Source: Bigelowiella natans CCMP2755
Lineage: Eukaryota > Protista > Cercozoa
Assembly (NCBI GenBank): GCA_000320545.1
Contig: ADNK01003122.1
Coordinates: forward strand, 1 to 41,099
Length of the DNA: 41,099 nucleotides
Reading direction: 5' to 3'
Shown: positions 13,292 through 25,596 of the stretch, piece after piece
Numbering within the stretch: position 1 is the first letter of the stretch
Layout of the letters: each line of letters begins with the position of its first letter
Notes under the pieces: model-generated
Database searches by the model: none
The model's input: the letters and a program-made list of their open reading frames with translations, nothing else
Told to the model about the DNA's origin: nothing
Made by a program: the position numbers and the translations under genes

Positions 13292-14562
13292 TTCTTCTTT
13301 TCTTACGAGTGGCAGTAGTCGTTGCATAGATGATAGAGGATGTGATGATAGTAGTATTAGTGAGTACAGAAATACTAGAGTCATCACATCGACGAACGTG
13401 GTAGCAAAAATGGATCGAAGCACGAAGGTCCTTGCAGCACCATCTGCAATTGTCTCGTCATCATCGTCACCCTTTTCTTCTTCTCCTGCATCATCTAATT
13501 ATCGCGTACCAATCGCTAAAAATCTTGCCGTTGAAACCGCTGCGAGACGCCGCCATATTAATAGAAGACAATCCAATCGTCCAAACCAAGAGCAGCAGGA
13601 GAAGAAGACTGAGAAGAAGTGGAGCATGAATGGGATTTCCACTACGACTCCCACAACAGCAAAAACATCAATCGCACCAGCAGCAGCGATATCAGAAACA
13701 CTTGGAGGAGGGGGGTTAGAAAATGGTGAATTGACCACAACAGGTATGTATACATGGGATATAGACTCCCACACACACATGCACATGTGATACACACTAA
13801 ACGGTTCGTGATGGGGTCCTAGTTAGCGACAACTACTTCTGAATTTTGGGTATACTTATATAATATAATGACTCCTTATCCATCATTCACAAATTCTTTA
13901 AGAGCCTTTTGATCCATGAATCGCACCATATTTATGATGAGCAATGTCACCTATCAGATAGCAATACTTCTACTTCTACAACCCCCAACACACCAACTGG
14001 CGGAAGAAGCCGGCGACTTCGTCGGCGCGATGTAGTTACGATGCTAAAATTAAGAGAGGAACAACTTCGATCACAGTATATAAATACGACAAGCTTAATG
14101 GTGGCGCAGGCAACTGCTGATGCGAAGAAGAAGATAGCTAAGGTTCATTTCACTTGGTCCAATGGGGGGTGGGCGGAACAGGTTCCATGGTGGATACAGG
14201 CTCTTTCAGCACTGTCACAGTCCGAGTCTAAGACAGAAAGCTTCATAAACCGCATTGTGGATGATCTTACCGCTAGATCCGCAGGGTAGTAGTAATAGTA
14301 GTAATAGTGATAGTGGAATAGTGAGATGAATAGTAGGATGGTGTTATTATACATCATAAGCATCATAAGTAATAGCAGTGGTAGTAAGATCGGAATAGGC
14401 ATGAAGTATATGTATTAGAGCAGCGATATAGATACAAATAGTCAACGAATACGTCTTCTGAGGGACGGAGTACGAAAGAAGAGTGATACATCATATCAAT
14501 GGCTCTTCTGTATGATGAGAAAGGACGACAAGCATTATTTCAGTCTCTCTCTCTCTCCCTTA

Positions 14563-14593
<31 letters not shown>

Positions 14594-16054
14594 TCAAAAT
14601 AGGTTCCTATGCACACCTGATTAACCTGCCCTTCTTCTTATAATTATTGTTATAATAATAGGGTTTCTGCCAGTCTCCTGGACCGTGTACGGTCGTTAGA
14701 TGGGCTGCAATACGTTGTAGTAGGCGCTGTTGATGAGATCAGCAAGAATAGGAAGAAGGTGATTGAAGAGCTGGAACGTCTCCATGCTCCTGAAGGTCCC
14801 ACAAAGGAGGCTATCTTGGCGTCTGGAAATTGTAAGATATGTTGTGAAGAATTAGGTAGAAAGGGCCCAGTTTGTGCTCATTGTAAATGCCTAAGAATTA
14901 TTAGCGACTACGAGGCCACGCTTTTCCAAACACGGTCTACCGCATCTGGCCAGGGGGGGGGGGGTCATCTGCAGCGGCAGCATTCCAAATGTATGGGGAC
15001 AAGAAAGTCGATGCTCAACAAGAAGCGGAAGCTCTACTGATTCTTCGCACCTTGTACTCTGTCATGGGAGGAGGAGGAGGAGGAGGAGGAGGTGGTGGAG
15101 GAGGAGGAGGTGCATCAAAGAAGGGCAGGGGCAAAAGGAAACGGGCCAAACAGAGTAGTAAAAATCAAAGATGATATTATCACCGCCATTCTAATTCTAA
15201 TTCATAATGCAGACCGTCCTCTCTCGAGTTCTTCTTCTTCTTCTTCTTCTCTTTCGTCGTCTTCTTCGGTTTCCCCCGTTGAATGGATCGATTCTCTCAA
15301 AAAAGAGTTTTACTCCCTTGGAACATGGTGTCGCGCCCAAAAGGAGGAGCTTCAACATCTCGATGAGTTAGAGATGTCTCTCATTCGCATTCGCCTCAAG
15401 AGTCCTGGAGAGGAAGTACCTGACTCAGAGAAACTCTACATTGTTGGTTGCCATGAACTGGATGAGATGAAGTCTGACTTTCAGTTCAGACGTCAAAGTG
15501 CTCGTGCTCTATGTGCGAAGAAAGTAGGGCAGCTCTTCTACCTTAAATCGTTAAAGGATAAACAAAATCATCAACAACGACAAATTTGTCATAGAAGAAG
15601 TAATAGCAATCCGATTGTTACCCACCAAGGGCAGAATGATAATAATCATGATTGCCAAGGAAGTGATGCTGGTGTTGCAAAAGGAAGAGGAGGAAACTAC
15701 TCTGATTCGAGCAACTTGATGCTCACCAACACAAATGATGATGCAACAACAACAGCAATACGAGAAAAGCAGCAAAATGATGAAGATAAAGGAGGTGATG
15801 GTAGACAAAGAGGAGGAGGAGGAGGAGGAGGAAGAGGAACACAGGCAATAATAAGTGGCAGCAGCAGTAGAAGCAGCAGCAACAACAGTAATTTGTTTGA
15901 TTGCCCTATTTGTCTTCATGCTATCTCGGCTAAACGATCGGGGTATTACTAGTGAACTACACAATACATCATCAACAACAACAACAACAATAAAATCATA
16001 AACAGTCCAACAACAACGCTATGATGCTGCAGACACACCATCCTGAGAACTAAG

Positions 16055-16089
<35 letters not shown>

Positions 16090-17682
16090 CCTTCCGTACT
16101 ACATATAATGTGTTAAAGAAATATGCAAATCAAATTCCCCTCCACATAATTATTCTCATGCTTCTTCGACAGCAGCAGCAGTAGACAAACAATTGTCAAA
16201 TAATTTTGTATTTGAATAGTGATGCGTACAAAATACAAACTAAATCAATCATAAAAGACCGATCATACTGAATACCACTACTATCACTGCTGCTACTTTC
16301 ATGAGGCACTGAATATTACCTGAATATGTTCCTGTTTATGGGTTTTATTTTAATAATTGACTCATTTATTGATTGATTTCAAAGGATGATCGTTTTTACA
16401 TGTGGCCACGTTGTTTGCTATAAGTGCGGCATGGATCTTATCCAGTAAGAAGAAGAAAAAGAAAAAGAAGAAAAAGAAAAAGAAGAAAAAGTGAAAGAAG
16501 AAAAAGGGAAAGAAAAATCACAAACGAAGAGAAAAATGGGAAAAGAGAAAACAAAAATCAAGAAAATGTGACAGTAGATAGAAATAAGAGTTTAGAAGAA
16601 GAAGAAGAAGAAGAAGAAGAAGAAGAAGAGGGAAGACAAGATGAAGGGGACAACGCCGGGTGATAAGATGCGTAGTAAAAGGATGAAGATAAATGGTGCT
16701 CACACATAATCGTGCTGTAGTATTATCCTCTTTAAATAATGAGCATGGTTTACTGTTACTACTACCACTACAACTACTACTACATAGTAATTTTTCTGTC
16801 GTTCTTTGTATTGTTATTCTTCTTAAACCTGTAATTATACAGATTCCATCAAAAGAGGAGAAAAGGAGGAGGAGGGGGAGGAGGAGGAGGATCTGGTATG
16901 AGTAATAATACACATCAAGAACCATTAACATCATCCTAAGCATCATAAATAGCACTTGTCAGTCAGTCAGTCAGTCTATCATACAGACAACACTTAAGAA
17001 AGTAGAATTTGATGGTTTTGATACATTAAAATCATTAGCATTATTATTAACATGTCTTCATGATTTCCAATGAGGTTGTGAATCATCCATAAATCCATAC
17101 ACAACCTGATCAACCATGTAGTCGTTAACCTATATTCATATTTCTCTTCCTTCCTCCTCCTCCTCCTCCTCCTCCTTCCGCTGCGGCTGCTGGTGGTGGT
17201 CAATACTAGGGGTGCAAAATCATCATCGTCGTCATTACCATCATCATCATCATCATCATCATCATCACAGTGTTAGTAGTAGCAGCAGCAGCAGCATCAG
17301 CAGTGTTGCTTCTCCTGTGCGGGTACAATGTCCAAAGTGCCGTCTCATGACCTTAGAATCTGACCTTGGGTAAAAATGACCATCATCATCACTATCTTAT
17401 TCATTATGATCGATGAATCATCACTAGATAAATAAATGAGAACGAAAGTGGGAAGGTGGGAAGGGAGAATCAAGAGAAAAGAGAAAGGAATGTTGTTTCA
17501 TCATCTTCATTAAGTTTTCCCTCCTCCTCCTCCTCCTCCTCCTCCTCCTCCATCTTCTTCTGTTGAAAGATATGTGGAACGAAAACGGACTGATGTCGAT
17601 GGTAGTGATATTGATGGTAACAAGGCAGCGGTATCATCACCATCATCGTCATCATCATCAAAGGTTGGTGTTGCTGCTACAA

Positions 17683-17722
<40 letters not shown>

Positions 17723-18024
17723 TGCTAAATTTGCGACAAAGTCAACTGGTATGTATGGGGCCAAGATTCAGGCAGTTTTATCCCGTATGCTACGGCTAAG
17801 GGCCAAGCAACCCGGAGTAAAGGTGTTTTGCCACTACTAATTATTATTGAAATGATAGTGATGATGATGATGATGATGACGATGATGATTAATTGAGGGA
17901 GTCTCCTTCCTTTTCTTATTCTTTCTCTTCCAGGTGGTGGTATTCTCTCAGTGGCAAGAGGTTTTATCTCTTTTAGCAGACGCCCTTCAGCGCCATGGTT
18001 TAGACTATGCAATGCCAAAGGTAA

Positions 18025-18057
<33 letters not shown>

Positions 18058-18100
18058 AGTGTGTGTGTGTGTGTGTGTGCGGGTGGGTGTGTGGGTGTGA

Positions 18101-18150
<50 letters not shown>

Positions 18151-18941
18151 GAGTGACAGTGCAAAAAGTAAATATCGTACTCCTGCCTCCGTCTTTTTGT
18201 TTGTCGTAGACCTCTTGTCGGCACGGTTTTCATCGTGCTATTCAACGCTTCAAGCGAAGAGGAAGCGACCTGGAGGAAGCAGCAAATATCTCTACTAAAA
18301 AATACACAAAGAAGAAGGAGGAGGAGGAGGAGGAGGAGGAGGAGGAGGAGAAAAAGAAGAAGGAAAAGAAGAAGGAGACAACGACGACGAAGAGGATGAA
18401 GAAGGAAAAGAGTGAAAAGCATACTGGTACATATGCGAGTGGCAGTCTTAGTGCTTCTTATCCATCCCCATCCTTCCCCTCTTCACCGAAGGTTGAGGTT
18501 GGTTGTGATGCACTCCTTTTGCAACTGAAGAGTGGTGGCCAAGGCCTGAACCTTACAGAGGCTACACATGTAATGTTCATTGATCCAAGCCTTAATACAG
18601 CGCAACACCTTCAGGTAATCACCAATGCTGATTTAGTACTATAAAATTTCCATCTTCGAAAATCATCGTTGTTATTATTTATTCACTATTTACGATGCTA
18701 TCATACTTATCCTATTGTGCAGGCTGCGGGCCGTGTTCATCGTATTGGGCAGACAAAACCTACCTTTGTGCATTGGTTTGTCATAAAGGATTCAATCGAA
18801 GAGAATATATATGCTCTTCACCGCCAGCATTGTCACGATGCTCGACTCGGAGCAGCGAGCGCAAAGGAGAAGGATGTGCTGAGTGTTGATGACGTCGGAA
18901 AGCTACTTAAAGCTAAGTCCCAGAGGAAGATTGGCATGTAG
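8243..18941 (+). CDS. SHPRH: SHPRH-like E3 ubiquitin ligase / SNF2-family helicase (SNF2_N, PHD, SHPRH helical region, RING, helicase C), many exons
   Basis: Ordered motifs: LRQYQ..STWM; GG|ILAEEMGLGKT; PHD (CCVC..WVCCDYCESWHHAKC..CPFC) inserted in the ATPase lobe; TLIISPAAIVGQW; WWRV|VIDEAQM; RWAVTGTP; LRQACCHP; VALNGLAG; QLHAAHHL; RING CPIC..CGHVVCYKC..CPKCR; YGAKI; VVFSQW; GGQGLNLTEATHV; QAAGRVHRIGQTKPT. The 5' start is uncertain (ATG at 8243 or 8221). Confidence 0.93.
18025..18145. repeat. Compound intronic microsatellite (TA)n(TG)n(GA)n, representative of dozens in the window
   Basis: Seen directly. Others include (TG)n ~686-723, (CA)n ~1059-1092, (AG)n ~2402-2456, ~3252-3290 and ~10197-10235, and (TA)n ~40719-40768. 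Confidence 0.95.
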
Positions 18942-19202
18942 ATGGATCTCATACTAGAGCAGTTGTCCTCTGCTTCGAGATATGAAACGACGAAGTAGCA
19001 ATATTCCAAGTGTAGAAATAAAAACTTATTGGCTAGATTTCATAATGTTGACATTGAAAAGCCGGTATGTAGATTAGACAAATAGATGAGAAGGTGTTTC
19101 ATTTTGTTCATACTAACATCATAATTTAGAGCATCGTTTCTCTCCTAAGATAGAACAACAATTATTGCACCAGTACACAATGAAGCATATGTTCGAATTT
19201 TA

Positions 19203-20600
19203 ATCCCCAGCTTCTCAGCAAAAACATTTGAAAGAACCCTCGCACATCGAACATCTAGGCATGTGGATTTGGTCTTGCGTGCAACGATTCGTCTGATGCG
19301 CGCAATTCAGGCGAACAACATCTTGCAGCTTTTCATTTCGCAGGTGTGATGTTGCATTCACATCCACATGAGCTAGATGCAATGGAGCACATGGTGATGA
19401 GTGTGCGACAATTGACACGCGCGCAAATCTCAATCAATGGATTTGCACTTCTTGACGTGGTGTGCAACTCTGCGCTCTTTGCGTGCCAGCGTGCGCCGGC
19501 ATGCCTGGACGTGGATGTGATGCGATCATGACCAATGACATGCTCCGCTCCAGCTAGCCAGCTAGCTAGCGCACCTGCTAGCCTGCACCACGTCAGCTAG
19601 CTAGCTAGTCAGGCTTCCAGGCTTGTGCACCAATCAAAACAAACCAGTTCTGGAGTTGTTGGCAAGCACAATGAACTGATGACACCCAAGGCTAGAAGGC
19701 GCAATGCTTGTTTTTTGCCACGATGCACGCACCCCGCAGCTCTGGAGCTGTGCACCACTGGACCAGCTGGAAACGCTGTGGCCAGATGCACTGTCGAGCA
19801 CACCGCAAGCCAGCAAGCTAGCAAGACCAGATGGGGCACTGTTTGCACAACACAACAATGAACAATGAACAATGAACAATGATGACGAACTGCATTTCCA
19901 AAACGTTGCAAGACATTTGCAGTGTTCGAAATGCAGTGCCTCGAACTGGCTTCAGTGAGGACTGTGACTGGCAAATCAACTAGCTGGTTTTTCAAATTGG
20001 CATGATTTGGTCATTGTGTTGCAATGACACTGGCGGCAAAATTCTGACGGCGCAAGACCTCCACTCTGAGCAAAAACTTCCTGAAGGCCATGTCCACACG
20101 ACGATCTACGTTTGGATCATCCGAGGGGGGCCCCAGCAAAACTTTGGTTTTGGCAGAGTCCGGAGCGTCAAAGAATGAAGAGCAGAAGGAAGAATCTGGG
20201 CCCAGAGCTAATCTCATGCGCGAGAGAAGTTTGTTTCTCTCTGCATTCAAGTGAGTGCAATGATGGATGAGGTGGTTGACAGTTTGAACAATCTCAGCAT
20301 TGCAAAGAGGACAAACTGAGGAAGAGGGGGGCAGATTGTAAATTTTAGCCCTGCGTTCTTTAGTCACAACACGACACAACGTGCGACTTCCAACACGAAC
20401 TTTTCGTGCCACCGGACTAGCGGAGATCGATCGTAAAAAAAAAAAATCTCGACAGAGATGAACAATGAACAATGATGATGAGATGATTGACACATTTGGC
20501 AACAATCAGACAACAATTTCTCAGCTTGCAGCAGGAGAATGACAACAACAATGACAACAATGGCAAGAATGCAATGTGTGCGAGCTAACAATTAGGTTTA
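19203..20600. other. Intergenic island 2: TpA-depleted and CTAG-rich, containing a retroelement remnant
   Basis: In 19203-20106 all 12 TpA dinucleotides are inside CTAG, while CpG is common. Confidence 0.9.
19886..20457 (-). mobile_element. 5'-truncated non-LTR (LINE) retrotransposon 3' fragment
   Basis: ORF 20011-20505(-) carries the ORF2 C-terminal zinc knuckle CPLC-x8-H-x4-C (VCPLCNAEIVQTVNHLIHHC), preceded by RVGS and followed by R..L and LLG, as in LINE RT C-termini. It is flanked by a 21-bp direct repeat ATGAACAATGAACAATGATGA at 19865-19885 and 20458-20478. Confidence 0.75.
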
Positions 20601-20733
20601 AATCTGGGTAGATTATTGACCAACAGTGAATGATGCTATTGTTGTTGTTGTTCGAACTACTTTCCTAGTTAGTTAGGTTATTCTGTTCGCGCCCTTGACT
20701 TCCCAGCTATGTTATTACACCGAAGTGATTAGT

Positions 20734-20765
<32 letters not shown>

Positions 20766-20799
20766 GGAACACACACACCCACACACATCTTTGAAGGAG

Positions 20800-20843
<44 letters not shown>

Positions 20844-20876
20844 GGAAAACAAGACAAAGACCAACAAACTACACCA

Positions 20877-22503
20877 ATGGGTGTTGCAGCACCCACTACG
20901 TCACCGTGGCTAAGCATCCTAGTTATCATTTTTGTGGCTGCCCTAGTCATGCGGTGGTTCTCTGCAGCGTTATACGATTTCATCATCGTAAGGTTAGTAC
21001 AATTTCATGTTTTTTTTGGAAGGCACATTTGATTCTTTTAGAATGGGGAAGGGGGTATTTCAATGAAGTGAAATAGGGCCTCCAATCAAAGATAACTTCA
21101 CTAAAACTCCATCTGTATTATGATCTCCATTCTCATCAACTATTGCAGCGATTAAAAATACAAAGAATCTCTAAATTTCATTTGAATTACCACTAATCAT
21201 TACAATAGGATGACATCAAGGTGGTACCGGGTTGTATTAGATCGTATGCATGAGAATCAGTCCTTGTTGGACATCGGCATTGGAACGGTCTTTAGCACAC
21301 TCACTTTGACACCAGAAGAAATGCCAAGATTGAGATTTAATCATTATGCATAATTTTAAATACTCAACAAAAATGTGCAGACACTTAAGCTTTCTATTCC
21401 TGCGCATAAAGGCGACTGGCCTCACGCGAAACAAGTCTGTGGTGAAGAAGAAGAAGTTGCATGTCGTTGGAATCGATTACGAGGCTGCATACATTGAGAG
21501 GGCCGAAAAGGTTCTCGCCTGGAATCGTCTCTCAGACCTCGTTAGAGTCCGTTGCAAGTCGATATATGATCCGGGTGTGCCGACCCTTATTTCTGCCGAT
21601 CTATATGAATTACTTCAAAAAAATAGTTCGGAGAAGAATAACAATGTTGTTGGTGACGACGATGAGGATGAAAATAAAATGCAGCAGCGCTTTGACGCAG
21701 CATACTTCAGCGGTTCGTTAACACTCATGCCAGATCCTCCAGCGGCACTCAAAGTTGCTGCAACAATGTGCAAGCCAGGTTAGAGAGACGTAAACTATCC
21801 AGAATATTTTACGAAAAATAAAAAATATGTGATGCGGCGATCACTTGAGGCCAATGCTCAAAATCCCTTGGATGACTATCGCCTGATTTCAAATGCGGGT
21901 GAAGATGGGGTTCATGGTGAGTTTGGCGCTATTTGAAAAGGTGTCCATCTATATAACTGATGAGTTTGCTGCTATTTCAAAAGGGGCTCCTATCTATATA
22001 ACACAAACCTTTCAGCTGCAGCATAGGTCAATATAATATGTTACAAGAGTCGAAATACCTTTGAGATAGACAGTGGAAAATTTTGTAATATGAAAATAAG
22101 AGGTCTGCTATATTTTAGTCCAGTAGCGGAAATTATCAAGCCATTGATGAAGTACCTTACGACGATCGACTTTGGCCAGGTCAGCCAATGTGAAAACAGA
22201 ATAGCGTTTGTTAAAAATAATATTAATGAAAATAGCACTGCTGATACTCGTCGTAATGATATGGTAGTGTTGGCGGCAATGATTTCGAAACTCGGTTTTA
22301 TTTTAGTTAAAATACTTTGTTGATAATTGCTGGTCCGCGTGATCATGATAAGAACATTATGCTATCAGCTGACTTATCTATCGAAGCTGGATGAAATAGC
22401 ATCAAAGGCCGGAATGGAAATCGAGGCGAATACGCCTATCGAGGGCTCAGTTCAAAACCGATGGCAGTCTGCACGCCTTGTCGTCATGAGATCTAAAGAA
22501 TAA
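20877..22503 (+). CDS. Class I SAM-dependent methyltransferase with N-terminal membrane anchor (phospholipid N-methyltransferase/PmtA-like by resemblance)
   Basis: About 6 exons: MGVAAPTTSPWLSILVIIFVAALVMRWFSAALYDFIIVR|MTSRWYRVVLD..LLDIGIGT|AT (motif I), VVGIDYEAAY, FDAAYFSGSLTLMPDP..ALK..KPG|APIYITQTFQ, KPLMKYLTTIDFGQ|LTY..ARLVVMRSKE*. Confidence 0.85.
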
Positions 22504-22699
22504 ATTAAAACTTGGGTTGCTGCACACAATTAGGATCAACACCCTGCATCAAACCAATGCTATCAGTACTCCCACTTTGACTTCACAAAGAAATATCATC
22601 TGTTTTGATGTCAAAACTTGGCAACACAATCTCACTGTGATGCAGACGCAACACTTTTCATATAGTTACCCTACTTGTTCTAGATCATTAGAATAGTTA

Positions 22700-22838
22700 C
22701 AAGGATTTGACTGTGTCAAACGATGCACATCTAGATGTGTTGTTGAACTATCTAGCTGTGACTCTGACTACATGTACAAATTGTACGCTATGTTCACAAA
22801 CCATGAAATACTTCCTTTACGGTCCAACTCACAGTACT

Positions 22839-22875
<37 letters not shown>

Positions 22876-23660
22876 TACACACATCACGTATCATATGTAC
22901 ATTGCGCTGCGTGCGTGTCGAGACCCACCACAGCAATGCATCCGCCCGCCAGCGATCGAGTTTATCAAACAGGCCGCACAATTTTTTTCGATCTGATCAT
23001 GTGCATTGCATGCGCACTAATGTTGCATTTGTTCAACAGTTACATGCCCAAGAACAATCACTAGATCACACTTCGCACGCCAAGCACACAACAGATGTGC
23101 AAAGATGCACAAACTAGACAAAAATGTATGTTTCAGTGTTCCCAACGCTAGAGCGTCAACATCATCGCATGTTGTGTGTGTCTAGCTACGCTGGCCATGT
23201 GCAGCCTAAACCACCGTCTAGTCGTGCACGCGCATGCACCAAGGTGGAACATCGTGTTGTGCATGTTGCATGTGCCACCACTTTAGCATTCTAGCTAGCT
23301 GTTTGTTGTAGCTAGCTAGCTAGGTAGTGCTGACATTCAATTCGGTAGCACGGTCAAGCTGTAGCACAGTAGCACTAGCTAGCTAGAGCACTTGAGTGTG
23401 GCTGGATGGTTTGCACCCATGACTAGATGATTCCAGCAATTGCGCCGCACACTTGTCGCTTTCTAGCTCTGTCTGCAAGTCTGAACCGCGCTAACACGGC
23501 AAGCACATCTAGACATGCATCACGCTATCTGCTAGCACAAGATGATCGAGCTTGGGGCTTGGGCTGTTGTTAGCGCGAGGCAAGTCTGCTCAAGAGGGGG
23601 GTTCATCAGGACTAGAGGCGTGCTAGCGTGCACATGTGTCTAGGTAACTAGGTGAGGCAA
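22700..23660. other. Intergenic island 3: CTAG/TGCA-rich and TpA-depleted
   Basis: CTAGCTAG runs, CACATCTAGATGTG, many TGCA/CATG. It ends abruptly at ~23690, where AT/TA-rich sequence resumes. Confidence 0.75.
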
Positions 23661-23899
23661 AGCAGCGGCAAAACGTAAGCGTATGTCAACTTGAATCATG
23701 TTAATATTGTAAAATTATTTTTGAAGTACAAAATGTGTAGAATAAACATATAACACTTTAAATTATTAAATGCGCTGATTCTGGTCCTTTTCATCTGTTC
23801 TTGTTGAACTATTTCTTGACCTACTATTTATTCTTGATATTTCACCTTCGAATCCTAAATCATTTCTTCGATAGCGATCTTCAAAACACGGTGTTGAAC

Positions 23900-25260
23900 T
23901 GGAAATTATAAGTAACCATTCGCATTGATCATCTCATATTCGCAAAACATATTGGAAAAACGTACTGTGGTACAGCAGCAATGCAAAGCAACGATCCGAG
24001 AACACTGAAGAGTGAGAGTGCTTCATTCGTGGTTGAATAATTTCCATAGTACCATAGTAAAGTTTGAAGGATAGCTTGTGGAAACTGAAAAACAGCTTTA
24101 ATAGCCATTGAATCCTGAAGAGCCCCCGTAATTCTTTCCAAATTTTAGATATCAATAAAGGATACCTGCAGGCTATTAAGTCCAAATACCTTCCAGTAGC
24201 TAGTGACAAGATAAATTCGAATAGATGCCTCAAATGTAGAATGTTTAACAGAGCACGCATGCCTTGTCCAGGATATCTTCAAAACGTTTCTTGAGTTTTA
24301 TTTTTTATAAAATAACATCGATTCTGGAAATATAACCTGAAGGCTTCATAGTTATACTTCATGGTTTGGTATTTTCTTCGTCCCTTATCATCTATTCCCG
24401 CATCTTCTATCTGTTTTTGATATCGTGATTCTGCACAGACCGCTTGTTTTTGGCTTGATTGTCGAACGAATAAGGTTCATTTAAATCGTGTCGAGTTCCT
24501 TTTTATTTTGTATTGGGTGTTTTGTCTATTTATTAATACGCCTCATACAACCGGATAATAGGTGTGCTTGTCAGCAAGACAAAAGAAAACTCCTGGGCAC
24601 CCCTAATAATATGCAGAAACTATGTGAAATATATTTTTGGTTTTAAAAGTGAAGATCGTTACCACAAGAATTATCGTCAGGAAACCGTATCCAAATCTTT
24701 TCCATTCATTAAATTAGTTTCAGTTTAGGCCACATGCTGTATGTACCGTCGAAAGAATTCATTAAAGCTTTGTTCTTCGATATCTCTCAAACCATGCACC
24801 ACTAATGCGACCTAAATGAAGACACCAGGGATGAAATGTTTCGACATCTAACACAATCCCTATTCATTAAAGGATGTAAACAACATAGATGTCCAAACTC
24901 GAGCTTCCGTAGTAGATGACTGAATGAATAATGGACATATTTGAGTGTTAAGTCAGCTTCCTTGAAAGGGACCATGCACTCAATAAGTCGATGACACCTG
25001 TAGCAGTGACTGCCCATCCAAGTCTTCTCCAATTTAACTTCTGAATGTGTTGATGAAATTTTAGAGAATTTGTAATGCAATCTGGTGTCAAATTATGCTG
25101 CAGCTATATTTAAGTTAATGCAGTCTAAAAGTAAATCATGTAGGTAGCACCTTTCGTGCTCCAGTTCCTTCGTCTGCGGGTGCGGAGGAGTTTGCATCAC
25201 TTTGACAAGACGGCATTTGTTTCGCAAAGAACAATTTGTACAATGGTCATTTACCACATC
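23900..25260 (-). CDS. Possible compact multi-exon hypothetical gene
   Basis: Short AG/GT-bounded - strand segments, e.g. VVNDHCTNCSLRNKCRLVKV..HER|LHYKFSKISS..HCYR and VHGLRDIEEQSFNEFFRR. I could not build a full model and recognised no family. Confidence 0.3.
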
Positions 25261-25596
25261 TACATGACCAAAAATGTAACAATAATTGCAAACCTCCTTT
25301 GTCGCACTATGTCATTGCGCCTAATTATAATTCGGGATGATATCGCAGCAAGTTTTGCAATGAATAATTTGCATTGACAGCATGGATACGATCCTGTATT
25401 GTCGTAATGTGCTATTGCGCCTTATTACAGCTTCATGTTCCTTCAACTTGGTTGTCGCACCTATTTATGTGCATGTTCTCTTCAATGAAAAGGTCCAGAT
25501 TCCAACAAAGAGCTTGATAGATCAAAGGTCACATCGTTCTACCTCAGCCTGTTACACTTTGAAAGAGCAAATCTACGTTGCAGCATAGATCTAGAG

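Noticed and set aside
10396-13795. Antisense and alternate-frame ORFs over SHPRH
   Set aside because: These are shadow ORFs from coding sequence and trinucleotide repeats.
19215-19995. Five overlapping ORFs as genes
   Set aside because: They are Cys/His-rich, Tyr-free and lack domains; open frames are expected once TAA and most TAG stops are lost.
19203-20600. Classical RIP or CpG-methylation decay as the cause of the islands
   Set aside because: RIP raises TpA and CpG decay removes CpG, whereas here TpA is lost and CpG persists.
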